Below are positions 1-13,014 of a stretch of 64,000 bases of DNA, piece by piece. The position numbers and the translations under genes were made by a program. Source of the DNA: Octopus sinensis (taxonomy: Eukaryota). The notes beneath the pieces are model-generated. The model searched no databases. It was not told the origin of the DNA and saw only the letters and a list, made by a program, of their open reading frames with translations. Location of the stretch: assembly GCF_006345805.1 (NCBI RefSeq), contig NC_042999.1:61690001-61754000 (forward strand), in the 5' to 3' direction. Numbering within the stretch: position 1 is the first letter of the stretch; each line of letters opens with the position of its first letter.

Positions 1-453
1 ATATACTTCGTCATTATTTACAGCTACAAATAAGAACCACGGTTGGAGAAGCTTAACGCAGTAAATATTGGCAATACTGTATAATTGACGACTGTCTCGT
101 TAATTGGCAACGCTTGACTATTCAAATTAGCTTCAACGTCCACTCTCCTAAAATCAGTAGGCTAGACACCTATTAATGATTACAAGTGATATGAAAAAAA
201 ATCCAACCAACTATTTATGTATATCACAGTTTTGGTATCTTTGTTTTTAACACATCACAAATTTGCGAGAGATAAAATACGTGAAGAAAATATTATACCG
301 ATTTTATTATATTTTTACAATCAGTTTAATAAGAATAAAATATACTCTATATTTGCACACTTTAATCCTTAAAAAGCACAATTTCTTATAGAAAATTGCT
401 ATGTATTTATACCATGCAAACGGGGAAAACTGGTCTCTTCGTTTAACCAAGTA

Positions 454-1002
454 TTAGGTTGTCCGGAAAGTTCGTGCCGATTTATAATAGCTTTCCTTTC
501 GACTTATTTTAGAACATGGTAAAGTCAAGAAAATAAGATTTGACTACACCTCCATTTACAGCACAGTTTAAGCTATCTGTGTTTAAGCTACCTGTGTTAA
601 TTCTGTAATCCTTTAAAATGGAAGATAAGAAAGTTCATTTTCGGCACTTGATGATTTATGAACCAGACAGAAATTGCTGCTGCTCGACTGGGATGTGTTA
701 CCCCACCCTCCATATTCACCAGATATTGCTCCTTCGGATTTCAATTTATTCAGGTCTCTGCAGAATAGTCTTAATGGTAAAAATTCCAATTCCTTGGATG
801 ACGTAAAAAGATACCTTGATGAATTATTTGCCATGAAACCACCTCAATTCTGGGAAGAGGGTATTTTCAAGTTAAAGGAAAGATAGAGACGCATTATGCA
901 ACAAAATGGTTCATATTTGGTGGATTAAAAATGTAATGGCAAGTATTTATTGACCCTTTTTCTTTCCTTTAAAAATCGGCACGAACTTTCCGGACAACCC
1001 AA
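454..1002 (+). mobile_element. Internally deleted mariner (Tc1/mariner) element, 549 bp
   Basis: 30-bp TIRs TTAGGTTGTCCGGAAAGTTCGTGCCGATTT (454-483) and AAATCGGCACGAACTTTCCGGACAACCCAA (973-1002, 1 mismatch), with TA target duplications at 452-453 and 1003-1004. Transposase N-terminus MEDKKVHFRHLMIYE (618) is fused to the C-terminus with HPPYSPDIAPSDFNLFRSL (mariner YSPDLAPSD motif). Confidence 0.93.
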
Positions 1003-1784
1003 TACAATGCCAACGAAAGTTTGTCTTCCTGACGGTATGAAATCCTCTCACTTGCTGTTCAATCATCAGATATATTTGCAGAGTGTGAGTACAGCTATCG
1101 TGACGAATGGCTTTTCCAATGAATTAAATGATTTTGCTAACAAAGTCAGTAGCCAGTTTTTGATCTTTTGATTGGAGTCAATTTGGATGACTTTGTTTCA
1201 TGAAGGTGTAAGTAGTATTATGTTATTACCATGTTAGTAACGATATATAAAGTAAAGTGATCAAATTGGTAATAAAACACCGATTGTGAGGGTCAGAATG
1301 ACCGGATAAAATAAGGTGTTTTTCTGACTGGAATTCACTTGAATATAAAGCCACTGACAAAGACTAAAATTGAAAGAATTATTATTGTAAGTATAATGAT
1401 TATGAAGAGAATATTAATAACAGTGGTTTATTCTGAATAGACCCCTACTATCTTATTAGAACATGAGTTATCGACTTTCGAGCAATGAAAGGAATAGTTT
1501 CCATGATATGAAAGGAAGAGTTAAGCATAGGATTTTAAGAAGAAATCGATACACTATATTATCTATCTGAATGCATCTAATCTGCTAACCTAGCTTTCAT
1601 GGCATCTAAACCGCCATTGTGTAATTGTATTAATAGCAAAAGAAAACAAGAGTTACACAACCTTAATGCTATCGAAGTAAATTCATCTTTCCAATAGTCA
1701 AGCCTTCATTCCATAACGTTCATTAACCTATTGCTATTCATCTGCCTCCCCTCTCCACCACTCTCTCGATATATTTGAGTGTAC

Positions 1785-1832
1785 ATGTATGTATGTATGT
1801 ATGTATGTATGTATGTATGTATGTATGTATGC
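1785..1832. repeat. (ATGT)n microsatellite
   Basis: Direct reading. Confidence 0.9.
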
Positions 1833-4224
1833 ATGAGTGCATGCATTCGTGTATGTGCTCGTTTGCTTGCATGCACGTATTGATTTCCTTCTTTGGGATA
1901 TATTTAAGCTTCTCCCTCTGCAGAATTCAAGCCGGTCACTAAGTGGCAAGGCTCTTTGTCTAAATCAAAAGAGCTCTTGGGGTTTGTGGTTATCTGAATT
2001 GCTGGATGCGTGCATATTTCTGAGTGTGTACAGATACATTCTCACTTGTACAATGGGTGTACATGTTACATTAGTACAGAAATGTGTGTATCTGTGCTTC
2101 ATTACGTTTTATATGCGTACGTATGTGTAATACATATGTATATGTGATTGTGCGCATGTGTTTACGATGTATACATTTATATCTATGTATATATGTATGT
2201 ATTATGTATGTACTATGTATAGCGATTGTCGACTTCTTATTGAGTTATTAAGTGTAACCACCTTTTGCGTTGAAATTCCACACATATTTGTATATATCTA
2301 CTGTCGATTCTTCAATGGTCTCTAGTCTCTAGAATTTCAAACTAATTACCACCTCTATCTTAAGCCGTTCCTTTTATTTGCATTTCCGCCCAAGCAGGCG
2401 CTTTCTACTTTCTCATGAGTACATCCTAGAAACGTAATAAATAAAAAAAAATAATAATAACTAGCAAGCAATGAAGTAAAAGCAAAGAAATAAGAAAACA
2501 AAAATGAAAGCAAATAGAATTAATGAAGAAGAAACTAAGTTGACAAAATAGAAGGAGAGAATAAAGAAAACGAAATAAGAAGAGGAAAAGGGGAAAGCTG
2601 ATGTCCGGGAAGGAGTTATTCAGAGAAGCCGAAAATTCCTGCGTAGCAATGATGGTAATGGTTATAAGAGCAGCATAAACAATATTATGATGCATTAAAA
2701 ACGCCAGTTGGCTGATAATGCTGTAAAGAAACTATCCAAAGTAAAATTATCGTGTGTTGTACACATTAATCATAATAAACTCTTGAAAGGGTGGGAGAGC
2801 TAGAGGGTAATAGATGGATTCCAGTGGCCTTTTACTTTTGTGGTGGCTGATAAGTAGCGCTATTGGTGTAAGTTATTTCACAAGAATAGCTAGATAATTT
2901 ATTACAACAGACGTGTGTCAGATTTTATTCAACTGACGCTACATAATAGCTGTGTATACAAATTAAAGTAATGAATTTTATAAGCAAGTAAAAATGGTAA
3001 ACACGCAATGCCCGATTGATACACACCAGATGAGCGAGGTTTTGCGAGTTTTAGTTTGATGAAAGAGACAATCTATTTACAAAAGGTTAGGTGATTTACT
3101 ATATATTTAGATTTACGAATTGTAAGGATAATAACATCAGCAACAATACTGCTAAACAATAATTTTCTATCCACAGTAAGGATGGTAATGTATTTACGTG
3201 CAACAATGTATGCAGGTGTGATCTTAAACATGACCGTATGTGTGTATGTATATGTATGTATGTACGTATGTATGTATGTATTATGGGCTTATGTCCATGA
3301 GTAAATGTTTCTTTACTAAGAACCACATTGACATTAGGAAGAAGATAAACGAGAAGGTATAAAGAAAATAAAAGACAGGAAATGTGTTAAAGCTCATACA
3401 ACCAGTATAAGCATTTAATAAGTTTGAAGAATTCACCTTGGACATTCATTTAATTGTCTTCTAGCCTGATTAGGTTTGCAATAAGTTGTTCCAAAGAGCA
3501 GGTGGGAATTATGTCCATCCTTATCATACTGTTTGCTGTACAATAAATAAATCTAACGGGGCATGGTTCACTTCTTATTCCTGTATCGGTAAATGAAGCC
3601 TGTCATGCCGAAATAATCGGTAATACAAATAAAACCAGGAGTGAATAATGGAAAGGTGTAAAGAGATAACGATGTATCAGGAATGAAAGCAACTTGGGCA
3701 ACTGCATTCAGAATAGAGAGCAGTGAAAGTAAATAATATTAGGTATCTGTCTAGCGTTGGGGGCAATATAAGCTTACGCCTAGTTTTCTTCATCTGGTAA
3801 CAAATAAAATAAATACTAACTTCGTTGTGTGAGAGAAAAGTTTGCGATTGATCATATATGTTATGGAGAGAATCAGGCGATAAAGTAAGCAGGCTTCCTC
3901 TACTTCTTAGACAAAGAACATCTACTACAAAGTGGAGGTTAAATTAGGCGCCATTTATATGCATATATAAAAATTAAAAACAGAACATAAAGAACACAAT
4001 GTTTTTAATTTCATTTGATATATTCTCTCTCACCTCTGCCACTATCTGGCATATGCAGGTGCTTACACTTATCAAGTATTCACCCTTAATTTACAGTACC
4101 TATATATATATATACAAAATCTGGTTTTGTCTCTAATTAATATTATATAATATTTTACTATAAAATTGGATTTAATCCTAAATCTGATTTTTTCCCTGTA
4201 AATTTGGATTATTCCCTAATATTT

Positions 4225-4285
<61 letters not shown>

Positions 4286-4311
4286 TGTATGTATGTATAT
4301 ATATATATATA

Positions 4312-4520
4312 TTCTTTTGTTTTTTTTACTTGTTTCAGTTATTTGTCTGCGGGAATGCTAGAGCACCACCTTTAGTCGAACGAATCGACCCCAAGACTTA
4401 TTTTTTGTAAGCCTAGTACTTATTCTATCGATCTTTTTGTCGTATCACTAAGTTATGGGCACGTAAACAACACACGAACATCGGTTGTCAAGCGATGGTG
4501 GGTGACAAACACAGACTCGC
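4312..4520 (-). mobile_element. SINE 3' part (family B, tail AAGTACTAGGCTTACAAAGAATAAG...GAAACAAGTAAAAGAG)
   Basis: Reverse complement of the copies at 9755-9972 and 24170-24575. Confidence 0.8.
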
Positions 4521-4524
4521 AAAC

Positions 4525-4586
4525 ATATACATACACACACATATATATATAATATATACAATATATACATATATATATATATATAT

Positions 4587-4672
<86 letters not shown>

Positions 4673-4681
4673 ATATATATA
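4525..4681. repeat. (TA)n microsatellite
   Basis: Direct reading. Confidence 0.9.
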
Positions 4682-4746
4682 TTCTGAGTGAATCCTCTTT
4701 GCGTCAATGTGCACCTCCTTGCGACAATGTAGCCTTTAATCTAACC

Positions 4747-4848
4747 AAGATATCCTTGGCCTGAAGAGTAGTCGATGGTATACAGCTCACTTGGAATTTA
4801 CCACTTCTGAGGTACCGCTCGCTAGGAAACATATGTAGCCCGTATTTT
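4747..4848 (+). ncRNA. Type I hammerhead ribozyme motif with long stem II (one core-adjacent mismatch)
   Basis: CTGAAGA 4761-4767. Stem II: TAG(T)CGA(T)GGTA pairs with TACC(GC)TCG-CTA over a 58-nt insert, but 10.1/11.1 is G-G. GAAA 4826-4829; palindromic stem III ACATATGT 4829-4836; GTA cleavage triplet ending 4837. Stem I: GGC/GCC plus distal AAGATA/TATTTT. Confidence 0.7.
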
Positions 4849-4950
4849 TCCTACTCCATTCCATAACTCTTGTACATATATATATATATGTATGTATGTA
4901 TATATATATGTGTGTGTGTGTGTGTGTGGTGTGTGTGTGTGTGTGTGTGT

Positions 4951-5209
4951 ATTGAGGTTATGAGAGATAATGGTGCGAAGAAGACACAGACGTGTCAGGT
5001 AATGCTGAGTAAATGGTATGGACAGACTATAGTTAAGCTCCAGGTTCGGTGATTATGCGAATGTGGAGTCCAACGTAGGTCATATATCAGCATGCTTATA
5101 TATTGAAAAATTATCAGAATGGGATAAAAATCCAATCTAAGGCTGTAAAAGATTTCAGAGCCTTGGATTTTTATCTCATTCTGTTAATTTATATATATAT
5201 ATATTTATG

Positions 5210-5307
<98 letters not shown>

Positions 5308-5566
5308 GTGTGTGTGTGTGTGTGTGTATTGAGGTTATGAGAGATAATGGTGCGAAGAAGACACAGACGTGTCAGGTAATGCTGAGTAAATGGTATGGAC
5401 AGACTATAGTTAAGCTCCAGGTTCGGTGATTATGCGAATGTGGAGTCCAACGTAGGTCATATATCAGCATGCTTATATATTGAAAAATTATCAGAATGGG
5501 ATAAAAATCCAATCTAAGGCTGTAAAAGATTTCAGAGCCTTGGATTTTTATCTCATTCTGTTAATT
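4951..5566. repeat. Tandem duplication with 377-bp period: two identical ~239-bp unique cores separated by microsatellite
   Basis: ATTGAGGTTATGAGAG...CATTCTGTTAATT at 4951-5189 and 5328-5566. Confidence 0.9.
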
Positions 5567-5584
5567 ATATATATTATATTTATG

Positions 5585-5656
<72 letters not shown>

Positions 5657-5691
5657 GTATGTATGTATGTATGGATGGATGGATGGATATG

Positions 5692-5724
<33 letters not shown>

Positions 5725-6324
5725 ATATGTATGTACGTACGTACGTATGTATGTATGTATGTATCTATAATTAAATAATAAGGGTAAAAAATTGAATATT
5801 AATTTGATTCATATTGGATTACCACTTAGTGGTCATCCCTCTTATATGTATATATATATATATACATGCATACACACATATGCGCGCGCATATATGCACA
5901 TACATATGTACATCTATATATGTAAGTATACATGCATGAATATTTCTATATATGCGTGTATGTAAATGTGCGTGCATGTGCATGTGTGTGTGTTTGTGTG
6001 TGTGTGTGTGTTTGTGTGTGTGCACGTGTGTGTGTGTTTGCATGTGTGGCAAGGTGTGTAGCATTGTGGTTAAGGCGTTACACTTACGATTGCAAGATTC
6101 CCACACCGGAGGTGTGCTATGTTCTTCAGTAAAAACACTCCATTTCACATTGGTCTAATCTACTGAATTATAAATGGGTAACCCTGCGACGCAGTCGCTT
6201 TCTGTTCAGAGGGAAGGTTGACCTGTTCGCCAACCCAATGCTACAACAATGCGAGGAAGCACATTGTAACCAGTGGTGTATAGCAACAACCGATAGTCTG
6301 ACATATATATATGTATATGTATGT

Positions 6325-6657
6325 GAAGGAGCATGGTTCAGTGGTTAGAGCGTCGAGCTTACGATTGTGATGTTGTGAGCGCGAACCCCGAACCGTGCTG
6401 CGTGTTGTGTTCTTGAGCAAGACATTTTATTTCACTTTGCTCCAGTTCACTCAGCTGTAGAAATAAGTTGCGACGTCACAGGTGCCAAGCTGTATCGGCC
6501 TTTGCCTTTCCCTTGGATAACACTGGTAGCATGGAGAGGGGACGACAGTATGCATGGACGACTGCTAGTCTTCCATAAACAACCTTGCCCGGACTTGTGT
6601 CTGGGAAGGTAACTTTCTAGGTTCAATACCACGGTCAGTCATGACCGAAGATGCTCT
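6325..6657 (+). mobile_element. tRNA-derived SINE (family C)
   Basis: Head GGAGCATGGTTCAGTGGTTAGAGCG (A-box-like). Body GGTGCCAAGCTGTATCGGCCTTTGCCTTTCCCTTGGATAAC is shared with 49059-49582. Confidence 0.8.
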
Positions 6658-8432
6658 CAGATGTATGTGTGTATAGTTTTCCAAAATATCCACAACTTTT
6701 CAATGGTTTTACCATCAAACAATGATGGTATATGCAAATCATTGCTTATTCTGCCCAGCATAGAAGCAAGAAAGAGGAAGACATCCCTAGTAGGCTTAAA
6801 AAAACAGAAAGGGGCCTAATTTTAAAAAACATGGCATCAATGTTGCAATCGCAGTCTTCGGTGTGATTTATTGATTATTTGTAACGTCCTAAGTCCTTGT
6901 GAAAGACTAAGATAAATTGCATCACATCTATTAATCATCAGTCCTCATCTTATAAACACATTTTATCTAGGGAATGGTAACTGATGTTTATAAAATGAGT
7001 TTCTCCTTGCTGAAAATAGGCACTCACAGAAGGCGGATTTCACTGCAGAATGGTTGGACTCCTCTTAAATGGAGATAAGAAATGGTCGAATTTTTCTTTC
7101 TTTTTTGTTTTTATTTTTGTTAGGTTTGTTGCCCTTGATGGATATTTAAGCATTTGAACCAGCCTCTTCATAAGTTAAAGGATAAACGTTCCAGTTTGAT
7201 CCGATACACTCTGAAGGAAATAGAGATGTTCATACATCTAACGAAAATTCCCGAAATTGAAATTACTCACTAACACTGATTTACGTATACAGGTGTTCCA
7301 ATTTCCATAGTTTACATAGTTTACATATGTTGCAAACATCCATTAAGAACAGAATTTGGTTATTCATTCTGACTTTTGGATATGAAACTGGAATCTCTAA
7401 AAGACACGAAGCTGGAGATGATGATTCAGAATTCAAACAAGCGGGACACACCTTTATGCAATTACAGTGTAGTTTTTGAGCTCAATTGACATTCTATACC
7501 ACCATAAAAGCTTGCTAGGTGACGAAAGCAATAGCTCGGATTAGGGGTCTAGCGAAAGGGGACATTGTCCTTACTTATGTTAATATCCTTTTTGCGAATA
7601 TTTTTGTGGTGATTGTTTGCATCGCTTTTATTGTTATCCTTGTAGAGGCTTCGAGGGCAGTGTTCATCACCGCCACAAGAAATACATACGTAAAGTTTCG
7701 TCCACCACAAGTATGAAATACCCAACTCGAATAAACGATCAGACCAGACACAGAGTACATAGTAATTTATTCTTCTGCTGCTACTATACTTTCAAAGCTG
7801 CCAAGAAAGAACAACGAAAAAGCAGAAGAAAGCTTCTATTATGGCAATGTCAAATCAAAGGTTCAACTCTACTGAAATTCATAAATGTTAAATCTTCATA
7901 AATATGTAACTTCAATGAAATGGTAATAGATTCTAATTTTCCAATACACCGCAGTGTCGTTTGCTTTTCCAATAACATTAAGTAAGCAAGCAAATTACTC
8001 CTCTTATCACATGATTTTTGTATGATGTAAGTGCTGAGTTTACGTACAGCCAAATGTATTTAGTTATAACCATAATATATGACTGTCTTTTTTTTCCATT
8101 TATTTTTCGTATTTCTTCGCATAATTATTTTAGATGTAGTATTCTTGCTCCCGTTGACGTGTGCTTTATCGCTTTCAATTATTAGAATATCATATTCAGG
8201 TCCAAATATATGCGTATATACACAGCACATCCAAATGACAGTCGAAAGTTTCAACACAATATGAGATTTTCCAGGTTGCTGTTACGCATGACTGTACTTT
8301 CGTTGCTCTTATCATTAATGTTGTCTATTATTATCACGTTTGTTTCCATTAACATTTGTATCTTCTTATTTTTGTATTGTTATTCTTGTACGTTTGTTGT
8401 TGCTTAACTTCGGATTTACACTATGGCATTTC

Positions 8433-8680
8433 GGAGGCGCGTGACTTAATGGTTAGGGGTGTTGAACTCATAGTTGTCAGATTGTGGTTTCGATTCCTGG
8501 ACCGGGTGACACGTTGTGTTCTTGAGGAGAAACACTCTGTTTCACACTGATCCAGTCCACTCAGCTGGCAAAAATAAGTAATCCCGTGACGGACCGGCGT
8601 CCCGTCCGGGTGGAGAATATATACGCAATAGAAACCGGAAATATATACGCCATGGAATCCATAACGAGTCTATGTGATTC
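8433..8680 (+). mobile_element. tRNA-derived SINE (family C variant)
   Basis: Head GGAGGCGCGTGACTTAATGGTTAG, B-box-like GGTTTCGATTCC; body similar to 60192-60440. Confidence 0.7.
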
Positions 8681-8755
8681 GGGAATCATATAAACTCATT
8701 TATAAACTCCGATCATCAACATCGTTTCGGCCGTGGCCATCCAGTCTTACTTTCA

Positions 8756-9168
8756 GAGCTGGAAGAAACGTTAGCATGCCGGGCGAAATGCGTTGCGGTA
8801 TTTCGTCTGCCGCTACGTTCTGAGTTCAAATTCCGCTGAGGTCGATTTTGCCTTTCATCCTTTCGCGGTCGATTAAATTAAGTACCAGTTACGCACTGGG
8901 GTCGATACAATCGACTTAATCCGTTTGTCTGTCCTTGTTTGTCTTCTCTGTGTTTAGCCCCTTGTGGGTAGTAAAGAAATAGGTATTTCGTCTGCCGCTA
9001 CGTTGTAAGTTCAAATTCCGCCGAGGTCGACTTTGCCTTTCATCCTTTCGGGGTCGATAAATTAAGAACCAGTTACGCACTGAGATCGATGTTATTCGAC
9101 TTAATCACTTTGTCTGTCCTTGTTTATCCCCTCCGTGTTTAGCCCCTTGTGGACAATAAAGAAATAAG
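8756..9168 (+). mobile_element. tRNA-derived SINE (family A) with internal tandem duplication
   Basis: GAGCTGG(C)AGAAACGTTAGCA...GAGTTCAAATTCC...GCCTTTCATCCTTTCGGGGTCGATAAA...AGCCCCTTGTGG present twice in tandem. Confidence 0.85.
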
Positions 9169-9705
9169 AATTACATTCCATAACGTGTTTGGCTTTCTTT
9201 TAGACAGTACGATGTTACCTGAACAAGAGTTGATTACCATTTTTAATTGATGAAGTGACCACGTAAAAGCTTCCATCATTGATTTAGTTATTTTGTTGAG
9301 AGTCTTGACCAGCTGTTGACTAGCTGTTTGTTTTTTTACATCTATATCGCTTTCTGTTCTGAGTTCAAATACTGACGTGGTCGGCTTTGCGTTTCACTTC
9401 TCGGTCACTGGAATAAGTAGCAGTCAAGTATTGGTGTCGGTCTAATTCACTGTACGTTTCCTGAAAATATTTGATTTAAAAAAAAACGGAACTTGAGAGG
9501 GTCTATCTGAACATCAAAAGGCAATTTGTTTGTTACACAAATGACTCTGCCAAACCATCGCCCTTTCTTTAATACTAGGATCACGAACATTTTTTACTTC
9601 CTACAACATTAAAATATTTAATGCAATTTCTTTTAAATATAAGCTAACTCAGTAAATAAAGGATTTCAAAATACAGTCTTTTAGCATTTATTTACGTACA
9701 ATATA

Positions 9706-9746
<41 letters not shown>

Positions 9747-9754
9747 TGTGTGTG

Positions 9755-9972
9755 CATATGTTTGTGTGTCTGTGTTTGTCCCCCCAACATCGCTTGACAA
9801 CCAATGCTGGTGTGTTTACGTCCCCGTAACTTAGCGGTTCAGCAAAAGAGACTGATAGAATAAGTACTAGGCTTGCACAGAAAGAGCTCTGGGGTCGATC
9901 TGCTCGACTAAAGGCGGTGCTCCAGCATGGCCACAGTCAAATGACGAAAGCAAGTAAAAGAATAAAAGAGTA
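9755..9972 (+). mobile_element. SINE 3' part (family B)
   Basis: GTTTGTCCCCCCAACATCGCTTGACAACC...CCAGCATGGCCACAGTCAAATGAC...AAGTAAAAGAATAAAAGAG. Confidence 0.8.
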
Positions 9973-10219
9973 TGCTTCAACATAAGTCCATCCTGGGAAG
10001 ACGATAACGATCCTTTAAATGCTAAATGTAAAATGCTAAAACAGTGCAGGAAAAGGAAAAGTATAATCGATTCAATATCGATCCCAGTTCATGACTTGCG
10101 TGTATTAACTCGAACCCGTTGGGATAAAATGTAAAGTAAACTGAAGTGGGATTTGAGATTCTCAAATATGATCATTTGAGAAGATCAAATCGAGTACATT
10201 GAGGAGATAAAATCTAATC

Positions 10220-10278
10220 CCTTGAGATCAAATATTATATATGAGTGTGTGTGTGTGTGCGTGCGAAGGCTTGTGTGC

Positions 10279-10331
<53 letters not shown>

Positions 10332-10444
10332 GTGTGTGTGTGTGTGTGTATGTATATGTATGCAAATATGTATGTATGTTTATATGTATACGGGTGTGTG
10401 TATGTCTGTGTGAGCATGCGAGTACTTGTGTGCTTATATATATA

Positions 10445-10493
<49 letters not shown>

Positions 10494-10516
10494 AATATAT
10501 ATACATATATATATAT

Positions 10517-10555
<39 letters not shown>

Positions 10556-10715
10556 CATACATACATACATACATATATGTATATGTATATGTATATGTAT
10601 GTAATTATGTATGTATATTTGTATGATGAATGTATGCAATATGTGTTATATGTATACAAGTATGTGTATGTGTGTGTGTGTGTCTATGTGTGCATGTGCT
10701 CGCGTGTATATATAT

Positions 10716-10761
<46 letters not shown>

Positions 10762-10889
10762 ATATATTATATATGTTGTATGTATGTGTGTTTATATGAA
10801 TGTATGTATATATGTATATATGTATACGAGTGTGTGTATCTGAATGGGTGCATGTGTGTACATGTGCGTGACAGTGTGCATATATATAT

Positions 10890-10960
<71 letters not shown>

Positions 10961-11013
10961 TATATATGTATGTATGTATATATGTATACGAGTGTGTGTA
11001 CATGTGCGTGCCA

Positions 11014-11052
<39 letters not shown>

Positions 11053-11219
11053 TATTTGTATAAGTGAATGTATGTATGATTATATGAAGGTATGTATATA
11101 TATGTGCGCGAGTGTGTGATTATGTGTGCGTGTGTGTCCGTGCGTGTGCATATGCATAAATGTAATCGACGTGCGTGTACATATTTATAATTGTAATTGA
11201 TTTATATTTGTATATATGA

Positions 11220-11273
<54 letters not shown>

Positions 11274-11290
11274 GTATGTGTATGTGTGTT
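10220..11290. repeat. Compound microsatellite field (TA)n/(TG)n/(GATA)n/(TATG)n
   Basis: Direct reading; accounts for the YI/CV-rich ORFs. Confidence 0.9.
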
Positions 11291-11582
11291 TGCGTGTGTG
11301 CATGCGCGCGTGTGACCGAAATACCCGAAGAAGTGTATTATATAAAATATTTTCTACTTTCCTTCTTTCATGCAACGTTGTAATGTACAAACTGGGAATT
11401 CTAGAAATATTAGAATTAAAAGTAAACTCAGTGCTAACCATGTATATTAACCAGATCTAGTATCAAGAAAAGCGAGGTTATTTGCCTTCAATAAACAAAT
11501 ACCATGCCAGTGATATACATACATACAGACAGACATATATATATATATATATATATATCTATATATATATATATATATATAT

Positions 11583-12767
11583 ACTCTCAAAATTGGCAAA
11601 TGTTGGAATCCGTGGAAAAGTTCTACACTGGATTAAGTATTTCCTGGCGAAAAGAACACAACATGTTGTAGTTGATGGAGTCCACTCAAACCCAGCAAAA
11701 GTCACCAGCGGTGTTCCCCAGGGAACTGTTTTGGGTCCGCTACTCTCATAATTTACGTAAACGACCTTTCCAGTGTCGTACATTACTGCAAAGTGAAAAT
11801 ATTTGCTGATGACACTAAGCTCCAGCAAATCGTCAATGAAGAAGCAGACCGAACTCAACTCCAGTCTGATCTATATGCTGTGGGTCAATGGGCAGACAGA
11901 AACAAAATGCAACTGAATGAGGGAAAATTTGAGCTGATACATTTTGGAAGAAATTCCTCACTAAAACAAGCATACTCTCTTCCTTCAGGGGAACCGCTCA
12001 CAGCCTCTAACAATATCAGAGACCTGGGTGTAATTGTTGATGACGATCTCAGTTGGAATGCACACATCAACAAGAAGGTCGATATAGCTCGTAGGATGAG
12101 TTTCTGGATCTTAAGAACTTTCCGGTCCAGAGAACAAGGTGTCATCATACCACTTTTTTCCTCCTTTGTACGGCCACACCTTGAATACTGTTGCCCACTG
12201 TGGTCTCCTCACACAAGACAAAACATCTCCAGAATTGAGTCACCCCAGAGGGCACTCACTAAACAAATTGAAGGCATGGCTGCTCTCGATTATTGGGATC
12301 GCCTTAAAGCCTTGAAACTTTACTCCCTCCAGCGTCGCCGTGAGCGGTACATCATTTGTACGATGTGGAAAATATACCGCCAACTTTGCCCAAACGACCT
12401 AAACATTAGCTTCAAGGCCCATCCAAGACTTGGACCACGGGCTATACGTCCCCTGCCCAATTCAAGATCACAACATACATGTACACTGCAACATAATTTC
12501 TTTTCCTCAACAAGCCCTGCCCTATTTAACATTGTCCCGAGGGAGATCAAAGAGGAAAAGGATAAGCCACCCATAATTGGATACAACTCACCCAACAAGA
12601 ACTCACTACTTGAACAAAACTGGATACAACTCACCCAACAAGAACTCACTACTTGAACAAAACTTGACTTAAACAGGATTCGAATAATCCTATCAGGTGG
12701 TGCTATTAAGTTAGACATGGCCTGGACCAATCTTTGGTCGAAACATATCTAAGTTTTATCTAAGTTT
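11583..12767 (+). mobile_element. 5'-truncated LINE (CR1/L2-like clade), reverse transcriptase C-terminal half, frameshifted
   Basis: KLANVGIRGKVLHWIKYFL...SGVPQGTVLGPLL (11482 ORF) and KIFADDTKL...RPHLEYCCPLWSP...LYSLQRRRERY (11793 ORF). 3' tail has tandem ATCTAAGTTT(T) repeats followed by (TA)n. Confidence 0.92.
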
Positions 12768-12790
12768 ATATATATATATATATATATACA

Positions 12791-12990
12791 GTTAATCTAC
12801 ACATGAACAAAGAGAAAACACAACAACGCGAGGACGTGGAACAAGTATAGTGTTATTGGCCGCTCAGGAAAGTAAAGAAAGGAGGATTTAACGTTTCGAG
12901 CGGCGCTCTTCGTCAGAACTAAAGAAAGGTTCAAGGAAAGGAAGACGGAGAAAGAAAATCGCCAACGATATACACACGGTCTCATTATAG
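12791..12990 (-). mobile_element. Penelope-like element terminal-repeat remnant
   Basis: Plus-strand TTTAACGTTTCGAGC..GCTCTTCGTCAGAA motif; related decayed copy at 39855-40070. Confidence 0.6.
12880..12925 (-). ncRNA. Minimal (Penelope-type) hammerhead ribozyme motif
   Basis: Minus strand reads CTGACGA-A-GAGC-GCC-GCTC-GAAA-CGTT. Stem III is the ACGT palindrome; stem I pairing is weak. Confidence 0.55.
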
Positions 12991-13014
12991 ATATATATGT
13001 ATATGTATATATAT

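Noticed and set aside
12715-12752. GACCA/TGGTC hairpin followed by GAAACATATC at the LINE 3' end
   Set aside because: No CTGANGA core; more simply the LINE 3' recognition stem-loop.
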